From positions 6,636,001 through 6,700,000 of the forward strand of contig NC_045697.1 of NCBI RefSeq assembly GCF_009834535.1: a DNA stretch of 64,000 nt. Direction: 5' to 3'. Positions 50,864 through 63,360 of the stretch are shown here, piece after piece. The stretch is from Camelus ferus. Its lineage: Eukaryota. Every line of letters starts with the position of its first letter. The stretch's first letter is position 1. Position numbers and translations under genes: made by a program. The notes under the pieces are model-generated. The model was given only the letters and a program-made list of their open reading frames with translations. It was not told the DNA's origin and did not search any database.

Positions 50864-51524
50864 AATATCCACCCATTTTTAAGGGTTACTTTATTTTCCA
50901 TGATGTGGACACTGCTTAGCAGAAACAATTTTTTAAAAACATTTCTGGTTAAAATGACTACACATTTATTATAGAAAGTTGAGCAAATATAGGGAAGACT
51001 TCAGAAGAATAAAAAAATAGACATAATATTACCACTTAGAGATAACTACTACTAATAGCTTGATGTGCATTAAAAGTACATTTTATTTTTCCAAATGGGA
51101 ATTATACTTTATGTACTGCTGTATAATTTGATTATTTTTTAAAAAATATATATTGGGTATTTTTACATCATCAAAATTTTTTAAGTGGTTTATAATGAAT
51201 GGTGGTATTTAATCATGTGGATTTTAATATACTATAACTTACAATAAATTTTGAATATTCACAATGTTTTTATTTATTATACTAATATTGGAATGAATTC
51301 TCTTCAGCTTAAATTACTATAGAACTATATGAAAATTTTCTAAGACACATTTCTGTATTTTCTAGTCACAAGGTTTGAAATATTTTTTAAACTTTTCTTT
51401 TTGAAGAATAAAACACATAGAGAAAACTAAAAATTATAATTGTACATCTTGGTAAACTATCTTAAAGTGAACACATCAGTGTGACCAGCATTCCAATCAG
51501 ATTTTTCGACAAAAGCTATGGCCA

Positions 51525-51990
51525 GGTGACTCAGGTTAGGTTCGCTGAAGCAGAAGCCAAGATGAGAATTTGTGTGCAAGTGAATTATTAAGGGCACGCT
51601 CCCAGGAAAGGCAGGTCAGGGAGTGGGAGGAGCTGGGCAGGGAAGAAGAGGAAGGTGTCATCAGTGAAAGGCCCCCACAGGTAGCTTCAGTCTGACCTGG
51701 GAGAGGAACTCAGGCGTGAGGCACCTCAGCGTTGTCCCACCTGTGTCATGGGGCCCAGACTTTCTCACCCCCAGTGACAGTCAGTGGTAATGGTCCTATG
51801 GGAGCAGAAAATGCACTCCCAGGCCCCTCTGTCTCTCTATGCCTTTGGTCAAAGCCTCCAAAAGGACAACTTGTCCAAGAAGCCCCACAGTTACTGTCCG
51901 TAGAAAGCCCTGCAGAAACAGAGGGGGAGATGGTTGCACAGAAATGGTAAGTAGGATCTGGGCGGTGGGGGGAGCCCTCACACTGTCCAC
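51525..51990 (-). mobile_element. LTR16/LTR33-like ERVL solo LTR
   Basis: 'aggttaggttcgctgaagcaga..gatgagaatttgtgtgcaagtgaattattaagg..gctcccagga..ggagtgggaggagc'. Confidence 0.6.
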
Positions 51991-52379
51991 CACACCTGAA
52001 TTCCAGAAGCCCCCTCCTGCCCAGAAGAAGCCATGACCCTGACTGTTGACACCATAGATCAGGGTGGCTTGTTGCTGAACTTTGTGTAATGGAATTCCAC
52101 AGATGTTTCTCCTCAGACCCAGCCAAGTCATTGCAAAGAGTGACAGCGTGTGTGTTTCCTTGTGTTTCAGGACTGTTTAAATATACCACCATTATTTACA
52201 CAGTTTACTCTTCTCAGATATATGAGTTGTCTCTGCCTAAGAAATATTATCGAAGAAGGCTGCTGTGAATGTTATGGACCATATGCTCCCATTTCTGTGG
52301 AGAGGAATGGCTGGGTCATAGTGAAGACAAGATTTAGTTTTAGTAGACATGGCTGGAAACCATTCTCCAAATTGGTTAT

Positions 52380-52660
52380 ACCATTAAAATGCCTACTAGA
52401 AGTTTATAAGAATTTCGGTTTACATCCTCATCATACTTGGTATGGCCAGCCTTCTTAGATTTTAGCCATTTTGGTTGACTGGTTTCTCATTGCGGTTTAA
52501 CCATGCATTTCTTAAAAAAAAAAAAAAGATGTGGAACGTCTTGTCATGAGATTATTGTATGTTTGGATAGTCTCACTTGGGAAGGGCATACTTGTAACTG
52601 CTGCCCATTTTAAAATTGGGGGTGTCTTTTTCTTGCTGATTACTAGAATATATTTGTTTT
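52380..52660 (-). mobile_element. Ancient L1M fragment
   Basis: 'acatcctcatcatacttggtat', 'ttttagccatt', 'tctcattgcggttta' and 'tgcccattttaaaattggg'. Confidence 0.6.
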
Positions 52661-53939
52661 GGGGAGGTGGCACGGGGCATGTGGAATCTTAGGGGGTACT
52701 CATGAATAAAACGAATCTGAGGACAACTGGAGTGCTAAGAACGGAGACAAATTTACCACCTTCCTTCTGGCTTGTGTGTCCTCCTTGCTCTTCTGTTCAC
52801 ATGTGAATGTTTTAGTCAATGATAATGTCACATTTAGACATTCCTGTGTTGTCATCTTATGTTCCCAAGTAGGGGTAGTCCCAGCAGGATTTGGAGATTC
52901 ATGGGCTGGAGAATAACAGAAAAGGGCTGCGAAGTGCAAATCAAGGGCGCAAATGTTAAGATCCCTTGACGTCTCAGATTTTTATCTTCTTACCTCTCTG
53001 CTGCCACCTAGATTGATGCAGTAGTGAAGCTCTCTTCTCGAGCTACTTAATGCTCAGGAAGATTTTCGCTCTTATATGCAGGACCCATAGACTAAGCCTG
53101 GCTATCTGACTTCATTTCTGCTATCTGACCTTATCTCCCCTGTGCAAAAAGAACATTGCTCTCTGTGTGTGCTCCATTTTGGTCCCTTCACAAAATGATT
53201 ATTGTAAACTTTTGAGTTATTCAGGACCCTTACACCTCAATTTTTTTTGAACTATAATGTTTCTCTACCCACAAAATGTGCTAAAAGAGGAAACCAGTTC
53301 TCCATAGATGGCCCTGAATGATAGCTTTCCCTTGTTGGATCCAGAACCATGAAAGAGAAAACCTGGAAAAATCATTCTCTTGTCAAATGGGGACAAGGTA
53401 TCTGCAGGAAGATGAGGCTTAGAAAAGAATGATGCAATCCTGCATTGCCTCCCTCACAACATGCCCAGGAGAGGTTTCTAAGCATCAGTAAGAACCTGGG
53501 ATGAGGTGGGAGAACTGGAGAAGACTCTAATGAATAGTTGCAAAAAGTCCACGAGATAAAGAACAAATCCTCCCATACTTGAGATCTTTATCCATCCACC
53601 AGGACAGGTTGGGAAAACTGTAACTACTAAAGAATCCAAGAGATTGGAAAGATGAGCATCCAAATAAATCTCAGCCACCCTCACATTTTGCTTGTATGTT
53701 TCAATCACTCTTGTACCGAGTGCCTACACCTCTGGGTTTTCCTCTTCTGAGGATGACAGAATCTCCTGTGTAAAACTGTCTCTTTGCAGTATCATCACTG
53801 ACGTCTCTGAGCTCTGAAGAGGGCTCATCCTAGAAGCCAGGTCTGGTGGTGGTGGTTCTCCCCGCAACAAATGGATCAAATGCTTTCAGGGTGAGTTGTT
53901 TTACTGAAATGAATTTTTCTATTGTCCAAACCTTAACTT

Positions 53940-54260
53940 TCTATTACAACTTTTTACTTCCAGTTTAAATCTCACAAGAAATTGCAAAAGTAACACAGGG
54001 TTTCTGTGCACCTCTCATCTGGTTTGTCCCAAACGTTAATATACTGAAAAAATCAGTACTTTGTCAAAACCAGGAGATTGGCACTGGTAAAATAATATTA
54101 ACTCAAGTGCAGACCTTAGTCAGTTTTTACAAATTTTCATACGCACTTTTTTTTCCTCTAATTTTTGTTTTTGGTGTATAGTTTTATGAAATTTTATCAC
54201 AAGTGTAGATTGATGTAAATGTTACCACAATCTGTTCCAACACCACAAAAACTCATTCAT
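53940..54260 (-). mobile_element. L1MC-type 3' end
   Basis: 'tcacaagaaattgcaaaa', 'tcaaaaccaggagattggcactggtaaaata' and 'aattttatcacaagtgtagatt'. Confidence 0.7.
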
Positions 54261-54484
54261 TGTTGATTTAAACTTTTGAAAACTCCAAGTGGAAATAGAT
54301 CAAAGTAGAGTAACTTTCCTTGCTTACAGTCATTTATTATAAAGGTCTAATGAGAGGAAGAGTCATTAAATTTTAAAAATGTCTTATTGTGTCAGGAAGC
54401 ATTTAGGAGATACTGGAATGTAAGTAAAAGTGTATAACTCTAAGAACTCTCTTCCAGTTATATATCATAAAATTGTAAGCAGCA

Positions 54485-54951
54485 GGGTTCTGGCTATTTT
54501 TTGCTGCATAAAAAATTACCCCAAAATTTAGTTGAAATGACAGCCACAATTTATTTTGCCCACAAATTTGTAATTTGGGTGGTGAGGACAGCACGTCTCG
54601 GCTCCAGAGAGCATCAGCTGAGGGGGCCCAAGTGGGGCCAGAGGTCTCACTTCTAAGATAACTGAGTCACAAGTCTTGGCAAGTTGTTGCCCGTCAGCTT
54701 TTTCCTTGTGGGCTCCTCCGTGGAGTGGCTTGGGTGTCCTCACAGAATGGTGGCAGGATTTTAAGAGCAGGAATAGAGACAGGAAAAGGAGGCTGTGGGT
54801 TTTGCAAGGTCTGAGCCCAGAACCTGCAGAGCATCACTTCCATCTATTGGTCGAGAAGATACAGAGCCTGAATTCAAGGAAAGAGGACATTTACCTCACT
54901 GTTTGATGGGAAGAGTGTCAAAATGTTTGTGACCATATTTTAAAACCACCA
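54485..54951 (-). mobile_element. MLT1G/H-type LTR
   Basis: 'ttgctgcataaaaaattaccccaaaatttag', 'cttgggtgtcctcacagaatggtggc' and terminal 'ccatattttaaaaccacca'. Confidence 0.8.
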
Positions 54952-56619
54952 TATTATTTTTTGTATCAGAGAATTCGTCACCTTAAAAAAATGCTTGGAG
55001 TTTTAAATATATATTCCAAATATGTTGCAATAAAAATGAAGTCCAGAAATAGCTTAATCTTGAGTGATACTCCCCTCAAAAAACTATTAAGATGCAGATG
55101 GCGAAACATATGAAATATGATAAATTTGTATCTGAATATTTTCATTATGTGGCTAACGATTTTTAGCAAAAGCTGTGGGATAACAGTAAATGTCTGAAAC
55201 TAAAAATTATAAGCATTAAGCCTTTTTATAAACTAACAAACTTTTTTTTCTAGTAGAATTTTAATTTGGAGCTGATAAAACAAGCCACAGGCCAAGGATC
55301 TGACAAAACACTTGGTCCTGCAGCCAAGAGTCTTAGCATCTTGTGTAATAGCAAGAATTATACCTCCTTTTTCTTTACAAAAGTCTCTTCTGAATGCTGT
55401 ATTTTTCAAAACACTGATTCCAAACTTGGGGATTTTGTACTAAGTACTTTTTAAATGTGAAAAGATGATAAAAGTAAATGTAATAATGAAATGAGAAGGT
55501 TTATCGATTTTCCTTGGTCCTAAAAAGTTATATTTTGTGTAATTCTGTGTTATCAAGTGCAGTTAACACAGAAATAAAAATGAGAGCTTTTAGTACATGA
55601 TGTATTTGATTTTATTGAAGAATTTGGATTTCTGCACTAAAACTGAATAGCTAAAACTTTAGGCAAATGACCTAAAATATGGGACTTCAGTTGAAATGAA
55701 TTTTTTTCAGTTAAAATATGCTATAATTATAAATATTATTGCCTTACAAATTGACTCTAGGAAACCAGGACTCAGAAAGCCTAGAAATTATATGAATCTG
55801 TAGAAACATATCTATTTGAACTTTATAATCAGAGTTTAAGGTTATAAGATGTGACTTGTTTCTAATTGCTGATATTTTAAAGTTAAATTGTAATTTATTG
55901 GTATATATGCTGCATTTTTTTGTAATACATTTGATTAGCTTTGTGAAGTTAGAATTTGTTCAGCATTAAGAGTCAGCATCTGAGACTCTTGTGTCCTAGA
56001 GTAGGTTTGTCTACAACTAAAATGAGGATATAAGAAATATCTACAAGAATTTCAAGACAAACATCAAGAGCTTTTATTTATTTTATTTCTCTTTGCTAGT
56101 GACATGGAATCCTAAGTGACTAGGAATCTTCTTGATTCCCCCATGGAAAATGTCAAGCTTTGGCTGGTACTGTGTCAAGACACTGCTCATTAGGATAATC
56201 TCATTGAGCAATACATGACAAGGGAAAGTTACATGTGAAAAGAAGTCTATTCCAGTATTACCAGAAATTAAATCATAGGAGACAGGACTGATTTATTCAA
56301 CCAGGAAGCAAACATCTGTATCTTGTACTTATAAGTATGTATCAAGTTATTATAGGTGGATCAAAGGATGGAATGAAAATACTGTGCAGAATTTTGACTA
56401 CAGAGTTGGTGGAGTTTTGCGTGTTTTTAACCATCTCAAGGTAGACCAGATGCTTCTTTCCTAGTGCTTTTGACAATCTAAGAAGCCTCTACTCTATGAG
56501 TTTGCCGGTGACAACCAGTGGAATCAGATGGAGAACCAAGAGCAGTTCCTGAACTAACACCATCAATCAGATGACTGCTTGCAACCTTAGAGAGTGGGAA
56601 ATTGTAACTGATTTTATAA

Positions 56620-56848
56620 TGGTGATTTTTCAAAGTGTGGTTCCTGTACCAGTGGTAGCAGCATCATCAGAAAATGTATTAAAACTGCAAATTTTCAGCA
56701 CACCCAAAATTTATGGAATCAGAAATTCAGGGGGTAAGGCCCAGACCCAGATCTTTCTCTCTCTTTTTTTTTTAAAAGTTGTTATTGCTCTTGTTTTCAA
56801 CAAATCTCCCAGGTAATTCTGATACATAATAAAGTGTGAGAACCGTTG
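56620..56848. mobile_element. MER5A hAT-Charlie MITE
   Basis: 'ttttcaaagtgtggttcc..agcagcatca..gaatcagaaattc..aacaaatctcccaggtaattctgat..gtgtgagaacc'. Confidence 0.8.
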
Positions 56849-59489
56849 TTCTAGAACAAAATAATGTTATTGCATATCCATAACAAAATGCAATATGAAC
56901 AAAAAGAACTACCAAACAATTAAACTTAGTAATTACACTTTGAATTAATATTGAACTGCTATTTCAAAATGGTTTCTTATATTCTCAGTAAAGTAAAAAG
57001 GCAATAATGTTTATTTCATTTGGAATCAAGATGTTCAGTATACAGTAAAAGGAAGTGTAATTTTGGAATAAAATAAATTAAGTAAGAAAATTGTATTATT
57101 TAAATTGGATTGGAAATGCCGAAATCAAAATTCAGATTTACAAAGGAAATTCAGAATACATCCTTTTCAGCTCTGCGCAAAGAAACAGGCCAAGGAGAAC
57201 TTCCTCCCTTCCATGCTCTCCTCGCTCTCCATTTACGGTAGCCCTTAGGTTCTTGTTTCTAGTGCTACGTTTCCACTATGAGACACCGGGGTTCATTGTA
57301 GAAGTGGTTGATTCTACTTTTGGATTGAAAGGTACAAAGTAAGCCTGCAGAATCTGTTCTGCTGGAAAGCAAGGTAGTTTGCACAAACAGCAGGGTCATA
57401 TCAAAGGGTTACACAATGCCCACGTTGAGGGGGTTTCTGCTGAGTAGAGACAATTGGGCCTCAAAACAACATTAATGCAGGTTGATTTATATGCAATAAA
57501 TTTGAAAAATCATAAGTCCATAATGAAAGACAAAAGGGGAAAATGCTAGCATAAAGGTCTTTAAATGACGGTGAATAGGAGACAAACACAATTTTTTTGG
57601 TCTTGCTATTCAAAGTATGTTGATATTATTAACTCATTTGCTGTATCAATGAAAAATAAACTAGTGAACATAAATCCATCACCTAGAAAACACATTTTTT
57701 CTCACTCACTAGGCACATCAATAGAATTATCCTGTATATTGTGACCTCCAGTCAAAAAAGGCACATAAAATATCCAAAATTAATTGGAAATAATTCTAAG
57801 TATCATCTAAGCGTTTTGTTTCTTCCATGGGGTTTAAATACCTAGAATTAGAAGAAGAACAACAGTCACATTTCTGAGTCTGTATCGGCTCAGGAGGAGT
57901 GGGAAGCTGCGGTGTTTTATTAGCAGAAGGATAATTAGATAATCAGGTCACTTTGAATTCAGAGAAAGAACCATTTTCCTCTTGAAATTATAAAATATGA
58001 CATAATAACCATTAAATAGCTTCCAGATTAAAATATTTGCTAGTAGATAATATCATTAAAAAAAAAAAAAAAAAGGCTAGAACTAGCCTGAGGTCTTTCT
58101 GATTGTCCTAATAAAGATGTGGGATCAGGTTAAACAACTGTGAATTTAGCCCATAATAACTTCAGCGCTTTCTCAGGTGTTCATTTTAGCAACTCTCTCT
58201 GCACACTGCTGTCTTCTCAAAGGCTCGCTTCTATTTCAAAGTCCTTCTCAGGCTAAATGTGAGCTTCCAGGCCAACACTGCACTCAAGAGCAACCCAGCT
58301 GGGACACTGCGTCTGTACAAAACAACTTCAGAGAAAATACTGCTTCACTTTCAAGACAGCCTCTGACCTGTGGATGCCCTTGTGGGACGCACAGAACTCA
58401 CTGCAAATTAGTGCACATCGTGATGCAAAAATCCACCAACAAGCCACAGCCGTACCAAAATCGCCACCAAAGCAAGATGAGCCTGACTCTTCAGAGAAGA
58501 GCAGATATTACTTAAAATCCCACACACGGAGAAACGTTTACCTCACTGGTACAACTTCAGCCTCACAGAGAAAAAGGAAGTTACCCCTTAGTATCCACAG
58601 TTGACTGAATGAAGACCGGAAACAAGTCCTGAAAACCTGTGGAAACAGAAGAATATTCTTAGGACTGTTGAGGTGAAATGGGAAGTTACTTATTTTGAGA
58701 TTCCTAAGCCTGCACTATGTTTACAGTTAGTCATTCAATGCGCTGAAATGCCCCTTCTTTTCTAAAGCTTATTGAAATCTCTGTTCAGATGCGTAGTCTG
58801 TGTTGTTCCTGTAATTCTTTTTGTTTTCAAATTGTATCCTTCAAAGTCTTGTCACACAGTATGTTTTTAACTCCTTTACTATTTTTCCCCCCACCTCACT
58901 GCCTCTCCTTAAAATGTACTTAAGCAGTATTTCAAATATATATTGTAAGCTTTTTGAAATTTAATTGCTGATAAGTCCAAGAAACTTCCTCCCCCATGGA
59001 TTCCAAAACTGTACCTGGATGGCTAGGTGGGGAAGTATCCTCAGCTGTACTCTGTTACAAAAATGAACCCGTAAAATTGATGAGTGAGGGAATGAAAGGT
59101 AAGGTGGGTTTTGGCTAGTGAAGGCTCTCCTCATTTATTGCAGATTTTGAGAAATAAATGATAAAAGCCATGTTACAAAAATTACCTGTTTTCCATAAAA
59201 TCTTTTCTAAGATTATCTTGTTTATTCATGGCTTTTCCCATTTCCACTTAAGTCTTTGTAACAGTAATGTGGAATGCTTATGGGATACGAGTTTACACAT
59301 AAACATACACACGTAGCTACCTCTGCTAAGAATTATATCAAAACTCTAGACCAATTTGAGGAAAATCTATACATATTATAGTCCCCGATTTATTTAGATC
59401 TCTGTAATGTCTTTATGGAGATCTTGGGAAATGCATACAACGTGATTATATATATATATGTATGTACACACGTGTATATATATAACTGT

Positions 59490-61390
59490 ACGTATGTATA
59501 TATATTTGTAAACAGTATTTCAATTTCATTTTCTAACTGTTACTGTGAAATATAAATGCAATAGCCTTTCATCTATTAACTTTCTATCCAATGAACTTGC
59601 TAAATTCATTTCTTAAATATAATACATTATAGTCTTAAAAAATATTTTCTGTGTATTCGATAGATATATGCAAGTACTGTGTGAGTGATGATAGCTGCAT
59701 TTTAAATTTTCCAGTTCTGTTACTTCTCTTGCCTTACTGTATTGGCTATTGTCTCCAGAGGAATGCTGAATAAAAGTAGTTTCCTATTGCCTGAGTCCTG
59801 ATCTCAGGAGGAAAATTTCCAATGTTTTGCCATTAAGTGTACTTTTTTGTAGTATAAAAAAAAATATTTTATCTCATTAAGAAAGTTCACTAATATCTCT
59901 AGTTTGCTTAAGTTTTGTATTTAGAATTTTACATAATGCTTAGACATTAATTTTGTCAGTTTTTCTTGAATTAGTTTTGGTAAGTTGTAATTTTTTTATT
60001 AAATTTGTCAATTTTCCCTAAATTTCAAATAATTCCATAAAGTTGTTCACAATATCTTCTTGTTTTAACATCTATTGGATCCACCCTATCTTTGTTCTAA
60101 TATTGTTAATTTGTGCTTTTTTAAGTATTGATTAGCCTTTGCTAGAGAATGATCAATTTTACTATTTGTTTCAACCAATTGGCTTCTGACTTTGTTCATT
60201 GTCTACATTGTATGTTTATTTTCCCTTTTTTTCTTCTTGTTTTCTAATTTTTTCTTTAATTTTGTTTGGGCTAATTTGACATTCTTTCAATATCTTAGAA
60301 GCATTTCTATCCATCCATTTTTAATCTTTTAAAACAAATTATATAAACATTTAAGATGAGAACTTTTCTTCTAATCACAGTTATAGCCTCATCATAAGCT
60401 CTGATGTTTTATTCACATTTTCATTCTGTCCAAAATATTTTCTGATTTTCATTGTGATTTCTTCATTGACCCATTCATTTAGAAGTGTTTTTATTGCTTT
60501 TGAAATAAAAAAAATAGATTTTTCATTTTCTTGTTATTTATTTAAAGCTTAGTTTTATGTCTTTGTATGATTTCAGTTTTATGTGCATTTGAAAGTATTT
60601 GAAAGTATCCTGTAGTTTTCAGATGAAGCGTTCTATGTATGTCAAATAGGTCAGAATTTTTAAATTTTATTTTTAATTTTCAGTAAGCTTCTCAATTTTT
60701 CTTTCTCTGATTTTATTAATGCTTGTTCTATCTGTGACTGAGAAGTGTGTGACAAAATTTTCACAATAATTGAACATTTTTCTTATTATCCTCTTAAATT
60801 TGTCAACATTTGCTGTATATGTATATGTTGTTAGAGGAAAAAGAATAATTAGAAGTTCTGTATAATCCTATAGGACAAACACTTTAAAACAATGAAATAT
60901 TCTTCTTTCTCTTTTACAAATTTTAAAATCATTATTTTGATATCTTAAAGTAATATTTAAACTCCTAATACTAAAAAATGAAAAATATTAGCTTATGCTA
61001 TTCTGATAATTATATTTGTCAGACTTCTTTTGGTTAATGTTTTGATGACATATTGCTACATCTCTTTACTTCTAATTCCTCTATGTTCTTATATTTATAA
61101 AGTATCTCTTTTAAACTACATGAAGTGAGATTAATAGAAAAATTGATATGATAGTACATAGAATTTCCATACACCCAACACTCAGTTTCCCTTATTGTTA
61201 ATATCTTACATTAGTATGGTAGTTCATTATAGTTAATAAACCAATACTGGTACATTATTATAAACTAAAGTTTGTGTGTTGATCAGAGTTCTTCAGCTTT
61301 TACCTAATGTCTTTTTCTCTCTTAGGACCCCACCCAGGATACCCCATCACATTTACTCATCATTTTTCCTTAGCCTCCTCTTGGAGGCTG
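59490..61390 (-). mobile_element. Cluster of ancient L1M fragments ending in an L1MC/MD-type 3' end (about 61130-61390)
   Basis: 'aacttgctaaattca', 'cctgatctcaggaggaaa', 'atcttacattagtatggta' and 'ccaggataccccatcacattta'. Confidence 0.7.
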
Positions 61391-63229
61391 GGGTTCTGTG
61401 TTTGTGAAATCTGGTCCCTTGTCCTAGGTCATAGTCATTTTGAATTCTGATCAACTGAACGACATTAAAAAAAAATAGACCCATGAGGATGCTGGAAGCT
61501 CTCTTCTGCTTGTTAGTCTGCCAGTGGCTCTTGAGAAATGGAGAATCCAACAAGATGAAAATTAGTGCCAAATATTGTGGTCATCTGGGTGGATTTTAGG
61601 TCAAGTAAAATAATAATTCTCTGACATCTTCAAATATGTTTAAAAGTATTTTTCTAGCATTTCTTGTTTTTTTTTTTTTATTTTACAGTGGGAATGTCCC
61701 TCTGCACAAAACTAGTTCACCTTAACCATAATGCTTAAAGAAAGACATTTAAGCATTTGCTCTATATTGCAAACTAGCTTTCCCAAACATTGTACAAATT
61801 TGCATTCTTGCCAAAAGTTTATAACAGTAACTATTTCTCCAAACTTCCATGACAATGTCTATAGGTAGTATTGTTGAAGTTCAAAAAAAAAGAGAAAAGA
61901 TCAGGACTCATTTATTAGTTTATTCAATACATATTTTTGAGCTCTTACTGTGTAGCAGACATTCCATCTCTTTTCTCTTACTTTCAAGGGGTTTGAGACT
62001 CTAGAGAAAGTGTTTTCCACCCTGCTCTTCAGCAGCCTTTAAGCTGCATGAAGAAGTTATTTTCCAAGAAAAATATCATATGTATGCTATTTCTCTGTCA
62101 AGTATGGATGCCTACTTACCTCATAGTCACAAAACTAAAGAGTAACCCTGAGGTCCTTTGTTGAATCAACACCAGTTACTCCAATGGATATTCTTTCTGT
62201 TTAACCAAAACAAACAGACAAACACATTTTACTGACAACCTTTAAGTGAACATTTCTCTTACAAAATAAATAAGCTGTAGAAGGGAAGAAGGAGACTATC
62301 TGAAATCTCTTATGTGGTTTGAATTGCTTCATTATGTATACACAGCTTGGTGATCCATATGATTTACTTTTTTAAGAAGGTCATAATAGACATTCATTTA
62401 ACCACTTTCATTAAGCAGGGTACATCAGGATGCAGAGTTTTATTTCTTAATGGGTCTCTTCTTCATCTTCAACCCGTAAATCTTTTATCATGCATTATTT
62501 AGGGTAATATAAGGTAATTTAAAATTATTGATCAATTATTTTTGTGTGCTACACAGTGTTCTAAAAGCTTTCATCAGTAGAAGCAGTGGAACATGATTAA
62601 AATAAAAACAGTGTTAGTAGCCACTCTCTATTTCTCAAATACCACATTCAAGGCTTCCCAAAAGTACTTTACAATAACGATCTCAGTTAATTCTCACACC
62701 GGCCATCTGAATTAAGTGTTCCCAGTTTCCGCTTTTTCTACTGATCAGAATATTGTTGCTCACTTAGAGGAAATTTGGGTATCCACTGAAACACCAAAAC
62801 ACTTTAAAGGATGATTGGTATGAATGCAAACATCAAGTTATAGCTAATTTAATTAAACAATAAATAAAACTATGTATTCACTACATGATAAAATTTATGA
62901 GGCATTCAAGCCTTAGAAACTTGGTTTTAATTAGGCAGAGCTAAATAAATGACTAGTTCCCAAAAAGAGAGGGGGTTTGTTTTCCTCAGCATGCCATTGT
63001 CAAGAAATTCAATATTTTTTTTATAGTAAATGATTCTCTGTTAAATGGACAGGCCCTATTTATCCATTTTTTACTTAAGTAAAGCAATGGCTTATAGAAA
63101 GATAAATCATTTCCACTCTATAACTGTGGATACTACCCTATGATTCCACTAAATTATGATCTACTGAGAATGAATTAAGGGTATACACAAGGTAAAAAAT
63201 ACAATGCTTTTCTAAAATAAAATTATTTC

Positions 63230-63360
63230 TTAAATAAAAATGCTTTTAATAGGAATTAATATTATAATCCATGAAAAGAGAGTAAGTGTGCCCTTTTTAC
63301 AGATGAGTAAAGTAAGGCTCAGTGGAGTTAAGTGAGTAGCCAACTTGCTAAATCCAAGAG
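63230..63360 (-). mobile_element. MIR SINE
   Basis: 'ttttacagatgagtaaagtaaggctcagtggagttaagtga'. Confidence 0.75.

Noticed and set aside
58177..58604. Overlapping plus-strand ORFs in unique sequence
   Set aside because: No recognisable protein or retrocopy hallmarks such as a downstream poly-A with TSD.
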